From an uncultured Flavonifractor sp. (GTDB lineage: Bacteria > Bacillota > Clostridia > Oscillospirales > Oscillospiraceae), in assembly GCA_944387215.1 (NCBI GenBank), contig CALXEB010000001.1, positions 5,873 through 69,872 of the forward strand: a DNA stretch of 64,000 nucleotides. The letters run 5' to 3'. Below are positions 49,716 through 58,258 of this stretch, piece after piece. How positions within the stretch are numbered: the first letter of the stretch is position 1; each line of letters begins with the position of its first letter. The notes under the pieces were generated by a model. It was given only the letters and a program-made list of their open reading frames with translations, searched no databases and was not told where the DNA came from. Made by a program: the position numbers and the translations under genes.

Positions 49716-50981
49716 CTATTTTTTGAGCTCCTCCCAGTATCTGCGGGCGGCCTGCTCGGTCTTGTTGTCGCCGTACTGGTAGTAGTGGGTGCCCTCCAGC
49801 TGGTCGGGCAGGTACTGCTGTTTCACCCAGTGGCCGGGGAAGTTGTGGGGGTAGAGGTAGCCCTGGTCCCGCTCCATCCCCGCCGAATCGGCGTGGACGT
49901 TCTGCAGGTGGCGGGGGTAGTCCCCCGTCTTGCCCGCCCGCACGTCGGCCATGGCCGCGTCGATGGCGGCCACCACGGAGTTGGACTTGGGTGCGGTGGC
50001 CAGGAGCACGGCGGCCTGGGCCAGGGGGAGCTTGGCCTCCGGCAGGCCCAGCTGGAGGGCGCTGTCGCAGCAGGCCTTCACGATCTGGGCGGCCTGGGGA
50101 TAGGCCATGCCGATGTCCTCGCTGGCCGAGCACAAAAGCCGCCGGATGGCGGTGATCAGGTCCCCAGCTTCCAGCAGGCGGGCCAGGTAGTGGAGGGCGG
50201 CGTCCGGGTCGGAGCCCCGCAGGGACTTCATCAGGGCGGAGGCGATGTCGTAGTGGTCGTCCCCCTCCCGGTCGTACCGCATGGCAGACCGCTGGGCCAC
50301 GGTCTGGGCGTCCTCCAGAGTGACAAGGAGTTTCCCTTGCTCCCTCTTGGCGGAGTTGAGGAGCAGCTCCACGGCGTTCATGGCCTTGCGTACGTCCCCG
50401 CCGCAGGCGGCGGCGATATGCGCCGTCACTCCGTCCTCGCAGACAGGCTCGGCCCCCAGCCGCTCCCCCATCAGGCGCACCCCCCGCTCCACCGCAGGCA
50501 GCACGTCGGCGGCGGTGAGGGGCTTGAATTCAAAAACGGTGGCCCGGCTGAGCACGGCGTTGTATACATAGAAATAGGGGTTTTCCGTGGTGGAGGCGAT
50601 GAGGGTGATCTTCCCGTTTTCCATGAACTCCAGCAGGGACTGCTGCTGCTTCTTGTTGAAGTACTGGATCTCATCCAGGTAGAGGAGCACCCCGTCGGGG
50701 GCCAGGAACGTACCGATCTGGGCGATGATGTCCTTGATGTCGGAAATGGAGGCGGTGGTGGCGTTGAGCCGGTGGAGGGGGCGATTGGTCCGCGTGGCGA
50801 TGATGTTGGCCACGGTGGTCTTGCCGGTGCCGGACGGACCGTAGAACACCAGGTTGGGGATAGAGCCGCTCTCGATGATCCGCCGCAGCAGCCCTCCCTC
50901 CCCCAGGATGTGCCGCTGGCCCACCACCTCGTCCAGGCTCTGGGGCCGGATCTCGTCGGCCAAGGGCCGGTATGCCATCAT
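49716..50981 (-). CDS. rarA: Replication-associated recombination protein A
   Basis: PLADEIRP, GPSGTGKTT, STTENP, KSLRGSD and SEDIG. Confidence 0.95.
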   Translation of the reverse strand: MMAYRPLADEIRPQSLDEVVGQRHILGEGGLLRRIIESGSIPNLVFYGPSGTGKTTVANIIATRTNRPLHRLNATTASISDIKDIIAQIGTFLAPDGVLLYLDEIQYFNKKQQQSLLEFMENGKITLIASTTENPYFYVYNAVLSRATVFEFKPLTAADVLPAVERGVRLMGERLGAEPVCEDGVTAHIAAACGGDVRKAMNAVELLLNSAKREQGKLLVTLEDAQTVAQRSAMRYDREGDDHYDIASALMKSLRGSDPDAALHYLARLLEAGDLITAIRRLLCSASEDIGMAYPQAAQIVKACCDSALQLGLPEAKLPLAQAAVLLATAPKSNSVVAAIDAAMADVRAGKTGDYPRHLQNVHADSAGMERDQGYLYPHNFPGHWVKQQYLPDQLEGTHYYQYGDNKTEQAARRYWEELKK

Positions 50982-50996
50982 GAGCCCCCCTTTCAT

Positions 50997-51031
50997 AAAA
51001 GAATGGAGCGGAATTGCTTCCGCTCCATTCT
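50997..51031 (-). terminator. Intrinsic terminator after glyA
   Basis: AGAATGGAGCGGAA/TTCCGCTCCATTCT stem followed by T's. Confidence 0.7.
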
Positions 51032-51044
51032 AGCACAGACTTGT

Positions 51045-52286
51045 TTACTCGTACAGGGGGTATTTGGCGGTGAGGGCGGCCACTTCGGCGCGGATGGCGT
51101 CGGCCCCGGCCTCGAAGTCGGTGGCGGTCCGCCACATGAGCCTGGCGATGACCTCCATGTCCTCCTCCCGGAAGCCCCGGGTGGTGGCGGCGGGGGTACC
51201 CACCCGGATGCCGCTGGTGACGAAGGGTTTCTCCGGGTCGTTGGGGATGGCGTTCTTGTTGACGGTGATGTTCACCTCGTCCAGGCGCTTCTCCATCTCC
51301 TTGCCGGTGAGGTGGGCCGGGCGCAGGTCCACCAGCATCAGGTGGTTGTCCGTGCCGCCGCTGACCAGGTCGAAACCCTCCTTCATCAGGGCCTTGGCCA
51401 GGGCGGAGGCGTTTTTGAGGATCTGCTGCTGATAGGCCTTGAACTCCGGGCGCATGGCCTCCCCCAGGGCCACCGCCTTGGCCGCGATGATGTGCTCCAG
51501 GGGGCCGCCCTGGCTGCCGGGGAAGATGGCGGAGTCGATCTTCTTGGCCAGCTCCTCCTTGCAGAGGATCATGCCGCCCCGGGGGCCGCGAAGGGTCTTG
51601 TGGGTGGTGGTGGACACCACGTCGGCATAGGGCACCGGGGAGGGATGCAGCCCTGCGGCCACCAGGCCGGCGATGTGGGCCATGTCCACGAACAGGTAGG
51701 CCCCCACCTCGTGGGCGATGTCGGCAAAGGTCTTGAAGTCGATGGTACGGGGGTAGGCGGAAGCGCCGGCCAGGATCATGCGGGGCTTGTGCTGCCTGGC
51801 CAGGTCCCGGACCTGGTCATAGTCGATGTAGCCCTGGTCGTTGACGCCGTAGGCCACGATATTGTAGTTCTTGCCGGAAAAATTCACCGGGGAGCCGTGG
51901 GTCAGGTGGCCGCCGTTGGCCAGGTCCATGCCCAGCACCGTGTCCCCGTGCTGGCAGAGGGCGGCATAGACGGCGTAGTTGGCGTTGGCGCCGCTGTGGG
52001 GCTGCACATTGGCATGCTCCGCACCGAAGAGCTGGCAGGCGCGCTGCCGGGCCAGGTCCTCCACCACGTCCACGCACTGGCACCCGCCGTAATACCGCTT
52101 GCCCGGATAGCCCTCGGCATATTTGTTGGTGAGCACTGTGGCCGCCGCAGCCAGCACCGCCTGGCTGACGAAATTCTCCGAAGCGATCAGCTCGATGTTG
52201 CGCCGCTGCCGGTCGTACTCGGCCTTTACCGCCGCGCCCACCTCCGGGTCCTGCCCGGCGAGAAACTCCATGATCTCCTTGACCAA
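51045..52286 (-). CDS. glyA: Serine hydroxymethyltransferase
   Basis: [24 protein letters not shown] and [13 protein letters not shown]. Start uncertain (TTG after GGAGG chosen). Confidence 0.97.
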   Translation of the reverse strand: MVKEIMEFLAGQDPEVGAAVKAEYDRQRRNIELIASENFVSQAVLAAAATVLTNKYAEGYPGKRYYGGCQCVDVVEDLARQRACQLFGAEHANVQPHSGANANYAVYAALCQHGDTVLGMDLANGGHLTHGSPVNFSGKNYNIVAYGVNDQGYIDYDQVRDLARQHKPRMILAGASAYPRTIDFKTFADIAHEVGAYLFVDMAHIAGLVAAGLHPSPVPYADVVSTTTHKTLRGPRGGMILCKEELAKKIDSAIFPGSQGGPLEHIIAAKAVALGEAMRPEFKAYQQQILKNASALAKALMKEGFDLVSGGTDNHLMLVDLRPAHLTGKEMEKRLDEVNITVNKNAIPNDPEKPFVTSGIRVGTPAATTRGFREEDMEVIARLMWRTATDFEAGADAIRAEVAALTAKYPLYE

Positions 52287-52337
52287 ATCTTCCTCCACCT
52301 TTCTCTGCCCGGCGTTGGCCGCCGGCCGATTTCTTTT

Positions 52338-52366
52338 ATTATACAAAATCCGCCGCTGGATTACAA
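52338..52366 (-). promoter_or_regulatory. Sigma-A promoter of glyA
   Basis: TTGTAA-17 bp-TATAAT. Confidence 0.7.
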
Positions 52367-52437
52367 TCGTCCGCGGAGAAAAAAGCCCCTCGTTTTTTGC
52401 CGGAAAGTGTGCTATATTGTCCAAGAGAGGTGATCGC

Positions 52438-53076
52438 ATGAAAACCCATGAGCAAGTCCTGTCCATCGTGGAGGAGCTGAAAAAGCTCTACCCCGACAGT
52501 CTGTGTTCCCTGCCCTATCCCAAGCCCTATGAGCTGCTCTTCGCCGTCCGCCTGGCCGCCCAGTGTACCGACGAGCGGGTCAACCAGGTCACCCCCGCCC
52601 TCTACGCCCGCTTCCCCACCCTGGAGGACCTGGCCGGGGCCGACGTGGCGGAGGTGGAGACGTACATCCACTCCACCGGCTTTTTCCGTGCCAAGGCCCG
52701 GGATATCGTATCCTGCGCCAGGATCCTGGTGGAGGAATACGGCGGGCGGGTGCCCGACACCATGGAAGAGCTGCTCAAGCTCCCCGGCGTGGGGCGCAAG
52801 ACCGCCAATCTGATCCTGGGGGACGTATACCATGCCCCCGGCGTGGTGGTGGCCGACACCCACTGCATCCGCATCACCGGCCGGCTGGGCCTCACCGACG
52901 GCAGCAAGGACCCGGTGAAGGTGGAGCAGCAGCTGCGGCCCGTCCTGCCACCGGAGGAGTCCAACGACTTCTGCCACCGCATGGTGCTCCACGGCCGGGC
53001 GGTGTGCATGGCCCGCAAGCCCGACTGCCAGAGCTGCACCCTGCGTCCCTGGTGCGACTATTTTACAAAATCCTGA
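52438..53076 (+). CDS. nth: Endonuclease III
   Basis: [15 protein letters not shown] HhH motif, DTH and the 4Fe-4S motif [17 protein letters not shown]. Confidence 0.96.
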   Translation: MKTHEQVLSIVEELKKLYPDSLCSLPYPKPYELLFAVRLAAQCTDERVNQVTPALYARFPTLEDLAGADVAEVETYIHSTGFFRAKARDIVSCARILVEEYGGRVPDTMEELLKLPGVGRKTANLILGDVYHAPGVVVADTHCIRITGRLGLTDGSKDPVKVEQQLRPVLPPEESNDFCHRMVLHGRAVCMARKPDCQSCTLRPWCDYFTKS

Positions 53077-53084
53077 CTGTATGC

Positions 53085-53122
53085 AGAACCGCCGCGCGGC
53101 CATTTAGCCGCGCGGCGGTTTT
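53085..53122. terminator. Hairpin terminator after nth, possibly bidirectional
   Basis: AACCGCCGCGCGGC/GCCGCGCGGCGGTT stem with TTTT on the + strand. Confidence 0.75.
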
Positions 53123-53288
53123 GTCCTTTGAGCCGCCAGCCGTTTCCATGACATTTTCCGCAATATCACGAAGTTCTGACGGCAAGCGAAAGCGGCACGC
53201 CGCTATTCCAATCGGAGTCCACCAGCCAGGGCGCCGATGTTCCGCTCCGCAACGACATGCCGCTCGGGGAGCCGGAAGGTTCCCCTAC
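53085..53288 (-). ncRNA. Candidate structured small RNA, family unassigned
   Basis: Own promoter, no credible ORF, long stems whose G-U pairs form on the minus strand, and it ends at a hairpin. Confidence 0.55.
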
Positions 53289-53294
53289 GATTCA

Positions 53295-53323
53295 AGTATA
53301 CTCCCCGACGGGCAGGGTGTCAA
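53295..53323 (-). promoter_or_regulatory. Near-consensus sigma-A promoter with no downstream CDS
   Basis: TTGACA-17 bp-TATACT. Confidence 0.75.
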
Positions 53324-53368
53324 CGTTCAGGATGCGGCGGATTCTGCGCCGGGGGCAGACAGCCGGCT

Positions 53369-54739
53369 TTATCCGCCCGGCGTCACCACACCTTTGCCCT
53401 TCCAGCGCCCGCGCAGATACACGGCGGCGCTGATGACCAGGCCCACGGACCAGCCGATGGGATAGGCCCAGTAAAGCGATTCCGGCCCGAAGCTTGAGGC
53501 CAGCAGCCAGGCCACCGGCACCCGTACCAGCCACAGGGACAGGATGGATGAGGCCATGGGCACCGTCGTGGCCCCCGCCCCCCGCAGAACGGCGTTGACG
53601 ATGAACATCATGGCCAGGATGAACATGGTGGACAGCACCCGGGTCAGATAGGCCTCCCCCGCCGCCACCACGTCCGGCTCGGTATTGAAGAGCATGAGCA
53701 GCGGCCGGCGCAGCGGCACCACCACCGCAGAGATGGCCGCGCAGACCAAGGTGCCCAGCACCAGGGCGCGGCGGGCCCCCTTCCGCACCCGCTCCAGCTC
53801 CCCGGCGCCGATATTCTGCCCCACATAGGTCGTGGTTGCGGTGGAGAAGGACTGGATGGGCATGAAGGCGAAGGTGTCGATCTTGTTGGCCGCGCCAAAG
53901 CCGGCGGCAAACGCGTTGCCGAAGCCGTTGATCAGGGCCTGCATGATAAGGATGCCAAGGGAGAACTGGCACTCCTGGATGGCAGAGGGGATCCCCAGCC
54001 GGAGCACCTGTCCCAGGAGAGGGCGGTCCAGCTTCATCTGAAAAAAACGGATATGGACGAAGGGATACTTCCGGTTGATGAAGAAGATCCCGAATACCCA
54101 GGAGCTGAACTGGGCGATGATGGTGGCCAGCGCCACGCCGAACACGTCCCAGTGGAAGGCGATGACGAACAGCAGATCCAGCACCACATTGATACCGCAG
54201 GCCACCGCCAGGAAGATCAGCGGGGTCTTGCTGTCGCCCAGGCCCTGGAGTATCCCTGCGTTCAGGTTATAGCCCAGCGAGCCGATGATACCCGCCAGCA
54301 CCACCATGCAGTACACACGGGCCTGGTCATAGGCCTCCGCCGGCACACGGATCAGGGTGAGCAGCGGAGCGCACACCACGACGCCCAGGATGGTCAGCGG
54401 CAGGATAGCCAGGAGCAGGGCGCTGTATATGGTGTCCACCGTGCGGCTCACCGCCGCGCGGTCCCCGGCCCCGATGTACTGGGCGATCATGATGGTGGCG
54501 CCCACGGAAAAGCCGATGAACAGCGAGGAGAGCAGATAAATGATGGGAAAGCCGGTACTTACGGCCGTGAGAGCGGAGGAGCCTACAAAGCGGCCTACCA
54601 CCACCGAGTCCACCATATTATAAAGCTGCTGGAATATATTCCCCACCAGCAGGGGCAGGGAAAAACGCAGGATCAGCCGGGTGGGGGAGCCGCGGGTCAT
54701 GTCTATGGCGCCCCGCACCCCCTGTTTGACCTCTTCCAT
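53369..54739 (-). CDS. MATE family efflux transporter
   Basis: QQLYNMVDSVVVG, GDSKTPL and GQNIGAG with about 12 TM helices. Confidence 0.94.
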   Translation of the reverse strand: MEEVKQGVRGAIDMTRGSPTRLILRFSLPLLVGNIFQQLYNMVDSVVVGRFVGSSALTAVSTGFPIIYLLSSLFIGFSVGATIMIAQYIGAGDRAAVSRTVDTIYSALLLAILPLTILGVVVCAPLLTLIRVPAEAYDQARVYCMVVLAGIIGSLGYNLNAGILQGLGDSKTPLIFLAVACGINVVLDLLFVIAFHWDVFGVALATIIAQFSSWVFGIFFINRKYPFVHIRFFQMKLDRPLLGQVLRLGIPSAIQECQFSLGILIMQALINGFGNAFAAGFGAANKIDTFAFMPIQSFSTATTTYVGQNIGAGELERVRKGARRALVLGTLVCAAISAVVVPLRRPLLMLFNTEPDVVAAGEAYLTRVLSTMFILAMMFIVNAVLRGAGATTVPMASSILSLWLVRVPVAWLLASSFGPESLYWAYPIGWSVGLVISAAVYLRGRWKGKGVVTPGG

Positions 54740-54761
54740 AGGGGCCTCCTTGCTTATTTCG

Positions 54762-55538
54762 TTATCCGCCCTTCCGGCGCTCATAGAGGATGCGCAGGCC
54801 GTCCAGCACCAGCTGGGGGTCCACTACATCGATCAGGTCGGTGTTTTCCGCCACCATCCGGGCCAGGCCGCCGGTGGCGATGACCTTGATGTCCCCGCCG
54901 CCCATCTCCGCCTTGGCCTGGCGGATGAGGTGCTCCATGGCGCCGATATAGCCCACCACCGCTCCGGCCTGGATCTGGCCCACGGCGGTGGTGCTCAGCA
55001 CCGTGTCCGGCTTCACCAGCTCCACCCGGGGCAGCAGCGCGGTCCGCTGGAACAGGCCGTCGATGGACACCCTGACCCCGGCGGTGATGCACCCGCCCAG
55101 ATATATCCCGTCGGCGCTCACCGCGTCCAGGGTGGTGGCGGTACCGAAGTCCAGGACGATGAGGGGCGCGCCGTACTTGGCCATGGCGGCGATGTCCGCC
55201 ACCGCCCGGTCGGGGCCCAGGCGCTCGTCGCTTTCGCTCTCCACGTAGGGCAACTCCGGGTCCAGGTCCTCATCCACCACCAGGGGCACCTTGCCCAGGT
55301 AATTCTTCACCGCGTTGGTGAGGGTGTGCATCACCTGGGGCACCACCGAACCGATGACCACATCCTCCACTTCCTCCAGGGCCACGCCGAACCGATGGAA
55401 ATACTGGCAGATGAGCAGGCCCACCTCGTCGGAGGTGCGGTTGGCGTCGGTCATCAGGCGGAACGAGCCCTTCAGCTTTTCTCCCTCGTACACGCCCAGC
55501 ACCATATTGGTATTGCCCACGTCGATGGCAAGCAGCAT
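54762..55538 (-). CDS. coaX: Type III pantothenate kinase
   Basis: IDVGNTN, LGPDR, DFGTATT and ATGG. Confidence 0.95.
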   Translation of the reverse strand: MLLAIDVGNTNMVLGVYEGEKLKGSFRLMTDANRTSDEVGLLICQYFHRFGVALEEVEDVVIGSVVPQVMHTLTNAVKNYLGKVPLVVDEDLDPELPYVESESDERLGPDRAVADIAAMAKYGAPLIVLDFGTATTLDAVSADGIYLGGCITAGVRVSIDGLFQRTALLPRVELVKPDTVLSTTAVGQIQAGAVVGYIGAMEHLIRQAKAEMGGGDIKVIATGGLARMVAENTDLIDVVDPQLVLDGLRILYERRKGG

Positions 55539-55556
55539 GATTTTCTCCTCCCTTGT

Positions 55557-56024
55557 TCAGATCCTGCTGATATAACACACCGCGCCGCCCTTCTCCAGGA
55601 CGGCCACAGCGTAAGTGGGCGCCGCCAGGCTGCCGGCGGCCCCGGGGTTTACCACCCACATCCCATTTTGAAATTCACACAGCGCCTCATGCGTGTGGCC
55701 GAAGCACAAAAGCCGCGCCCCGGCCTCCCGGGCGGCCCGGATGGCGGCCCAGGCGCCCTCTTTCACATGGTAGGCGTGGCCGTGGGTCATAAAGATCTTC
55801 ACGCCCTCCAGCGTGAAGGTCCGCTCTATCGGCAGATCGGGCCTGCGGCCGTCGCAGTTGCCCGGCACATAGGTCACGGGGAGCCGGGGGAACTTCTCCT
55901 GAAGGGACTGCGCATCCCGGGCCAGGTCCCCCAGGTGGAGCACCCGGTCCGGCCGCTCCAGGCGGACGGCGTCCTCCATGTTGGCCACGTTGCCGTGAGA
56001 GTCGGAAAAAATCAGCAGCTTCAT
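55557..56024 (-). CDS. YfcE/YsnB-type metallophosphoesterase
   Basis: SDSHG, HLGD, GNCD, THGH, FGHTH and NPG. Confidence 0.92.
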   Translation of the reverse strand: MKLLIFSDSHGNVANMEDAVRLERPDRVLHLGDLARDAQSLQEKFPRLPVTYVPGNCDGRRPDLPIERTFTLEGVKIFMTHGHAYHVKEGAWAAIRAAREAGARLLCFGHTHEALCEFQNGMWVVNPGAAGSLAAPTYAVAVLEKGGAVCYISRI

Positions 56025-56098
56025 GGGCACCTCCCGCCTTTGGTTCATATAATAGAGTGAGCGCCGCTATAAATAAGGAAATAGGAGTGATCGACGAT

Positions 56099-56383
56099 AT
56101 GAAGGAGAACCAGCCCGGGCTGGATGGGCTGACCCGTGACCCCAAGGCCGCCGGCCTGCTGAAAAACCGGGCGCTGCTCAACGAACTGGTCCGCTCGCCG
56201 GACGCCCGGAAGCTCATGGGCCTGCTGGATCGGGAGGCGGCAGGCGGCCTGCAGCATGCCGCCGACTCTGCGGCCAAAGGGGACCTGAGCGCCCTTACCC
56301 GTCTGATCAGGCAGGTGGCGAGCAGCGGCGAGGGGGCCCGTCTGGTCCAGCAGATCAACGAGAAGATCGACCAGGGGAAGTAG
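56099..56383 (+). CDS. Small hypothetical helical protein
   Basis: SD AGGAG before ATG and GC3-biased codons; first gene of a three-gene + strand cluster. Confidence 0.7.
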   Translation: MKENQPGLDGLTRDPKAAGLLKNRALLNELVRSPDARKLMGLLDREAAGGLQHAADSAAKGDLSALTRLIRQVASSGEGARLVQQINEKIDQGK

Positions 56384-56413
56384 CCCGCCGCTTCCCCGCC
56401 AAGGGGGTGCCCT

Positions 56414-56839
56414 ATGGCAGAACTGGAAGAAAAACTGAATGCTATTTTGAACGACCCCCAGGCCATGGGACAGATCCTCTCCGCAGCGCGGGCCCTCTCC
56501 GGCCAGGACGATGGGGAAAAAACCGCGGACCAGGCGCCGGGGGAGGGACCCTTCGCCGCCGCGGAGAACGGGCCGGCCGCCGGAGACGCCGGCCAGCTGT
56601 TTTCCGCGCTGGGAGACCTGGACCCCCGGTGGGTAAAGCTGGGTGTGCGCCTTATGGGTGAGTACAGCCGGCAGGACGACAAGAAGGCCGCCCTGCTGGA
56701 GGCGCTGAAGCCATTCCTCAAGCCGGAACGGCGGGCCAAAGTGGACCAGGCCGCCCGGCTCGCCCGCCTGTCCCGGGTGGCGAGGGCCGCCCTGCGATTC
56801 TATCAGGAGGGCCGGGAGGAGGAGAAGGGCGATGTATAA
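56414..56839 (+). CDS. Hypothetical protein with LLEALKPFL..ERR..VD.A motif
   Basis: SD AAGGGGG, N-terminal LNAILNDPQAM; overlaps the next gene. Confidence 0.75.
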   Translation: MAELEEKLNAILNDPQAMGQILSAARALSGQDDGEKTADQAPGEGPFAAAENGPAAGDAGQLFSALGDLDPRWVKLGVRLMGEYSRQDDKKAALLEALKPFLKPERRAKVDQAARLARLSRVARAALRFYQEGREEEKGDV

Positions 56840-57101
56840 CCGCTACATCCCCAACGGGACCGCCTACACCCGGGTATCCGAGCCGGAGCCCTCCCCTCCC
56901 CCGCCGCATGGCCCCGGGGACGGCGAAGGCACGCCGTCAGGCATCGTGGAGCGCCTGCTGCGCGCGCTGAAGCTGGAGGACCTGGATGCAGGCGACCTGC
57001 TCCTGCTGCTGATCCTGCTGCTGCTGTTTTTGGACGGGGACGACTGGGAACTGCCCATCGCCCTGGGCCTGGTCCTGCTGCTGGGGCTGGGCGGAGAATA
57101 G
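56832..57101 (+). CDS. Small hypothetical membrane-associated protein
   Basis: MYNRYIP start, Pro-rich linker and Leu-rich hairpin DLLLLLILLLLFLDGDD...ALGLVLLLG. Confidence 0.7.
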   Translation: MYNRYIPNGTAYTRVSEPEPSPPPPHGPGDGEGTPSGIVERLLRALKLEDLDAGDLLLLLILLLLFLDGDDWELPIALGLVLLLGLGGE

Positions 57102-57119
57102 CGGCGCCTTCCGAACGGA

Positions 57120-57869
57120 CTACGCCCCCACCCGGTGAAGAACCGTCCCGTCCGGCAGGGAAAACGACGCGTCGGAGGGCGCCGGCCGCTCCAGGCCGGA
57201 GGCAGTCATGCGGTAGACCACCTGGCCGTCGGTGAGCTGCTCCGCCCGCACCAGAAGCCCGCTGTCCGTATCCACCCAGAAGCGGGCGCTGTGGCCGTCG
57301 CCGGTATCCGTTTCGACATATACGCAGCCCAGGCCGTCCAGCGCCTCGTATCCCGCCGCCGTGATAGAGGCCGGATCCAGTTCCAATACGGTCTCATAGG
57401 TGGGGATGCGCTGCCCCTCCAGGTCCGCGGAATACTCGTCCGCAGGGCCGGTGAGCACCCGATCCTCCCCGCCGTACCAGCTCCAGAACTGCCCGCCGCC
57501 TACAATGGAGGAGCGGCGGGTCCCGCCGGGCAGGACCGCATCGGTCCGGGTCCAGCCCGCGTCTACCCAGACCCGGGCGGTGGTGGTGCCGCTCTCCCCC
57601 TCGCCCCAGAGGTCCTGAATGGTCACAGTCCGGCCATAGCTCTCCGGCCGGTCCAGGGTGGCAATGACGCTCTGCACCGTCTCCGGCGTCACCTCCACTT
57701 TCACCGCGCCGCCGCTCTCTCCTCCCGGGGAGGCCGACGGGCCGGCCGTCGGGAGCACGATCTCCGCTGTATCGGGGGCGAAAAGACCCAGTCCAAAACT
57801 GGAGAGCACCGCCACGGCGATAATGGCCGCGATCAGGACCACCACGATGTTCCGCTTTCCGCGCTCCAC
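57120..57869 (-). CDS. Membrane-anchored exported protein, possibly LolA-like fold
   Basis: N-terminal TM, beta-rich body, RFWVDTDSGLLVRAE and C-terminal FSLPDG. Confidence 0.65.
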   Translation of the reverse strand: MERGKRNIVVVLIAAIIAVAVLSSFGLGLFAPDTAEIVLPTAGPSASPGGESGGAVKVEVTPETVQSVIATLDRPESYGRTVTIQDLWGEGESGTTTARVWVDAGWTRTDAVLPGGTRRSSIVGGGQFWSWYGGEDRVLTGPADEYSADLEGQRIPTYETVLELDPASITAAGYEALDGLGCVYVETDTGDGHSARFWVDTDSGLLVRAEQLTDGQVVYRMTASGLERPAPSDASFSLPDGTVLHRVGA

Positions 57870-57919
57870 AGCTCCACCTCCCGGAAAACAAATGCACTTC
57901 CTCAGTCAGCCGGGCAGCT

Positions 57920-58258
57920 CCCCGGCATCAAGGTTTTGCTCCGCAAAACCTTGGGTACGGCGGCGTTCACGCCTGGAACTGCTCCGGCTTTTCCGCCCGC
58001 AGGCCAAACTTCCACGCGATAGCGTCCACGATCCGCCGGCAGGCGTGACCGTCATCCCCATGAAACGGCATGGCTGCCGTCCCATGGGGGCCCTGTGACT
58101 GCATCTGCCGGGACAAGTGAATTGCCCCGGCATCAAGGTTTTGCTCCGCAAAACCTTGGGTACGGCGGCGTTCACGCCTGAAACTGCTCCGGCTTTTCCG
58201 CCCGCAGGCCAAACTTCCACGCAATAGCGTCCACGATCCGCCGGCAGGCGTGACCGTC
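57920..58258. repeat. 134-bp direct repeat (57920-58053 and 58125-58258) covering the wecB 3' end and downstream hairpins
   Basis: Direct alignment: 205-bp period with 2 mismatches (57976/58181 and 58018/58223). Confidence 0.95.
58054..58178. mobile_element. Multi-hairpin MITE/REP-like element (partial second copy at about 57909-57973)
   Basis: Consecutive hairpins CCCCATG..ACGGCA/TGCCGT..CATGGGG, GCCGGG.CAA/TTG.CCCGGC and CAAGGTTTTGC/GCAAAACCTTG. No transposase seen. Confidence 0.4.

Noticed and set aside
49710-52433. 907-aa + strand ORF
   Set aside because: Antisense shadow of rarA and glyA.
53265-53288. SRP RNA because of CCGGAAGG on the + strand
   Set aside because: The flanking CAGG and AGCAG helix-8 residues are absent.
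53120-53290. Riboswitch for glyA (glycine or ZTP) or a 30-aa peptide ORF
   Set aside because: Separated from glyA by nth and a terminator, lacks the aptamer consensus, and the short ORF has no SD.
57920-58258. DGR template/variable repeat pair
   Set aside because: Only two differences, both C/T on the coding strand and synonymous rather than adenine-specific. There is no reverse transcriptase in the window, and wecB is not a DGR-type target.
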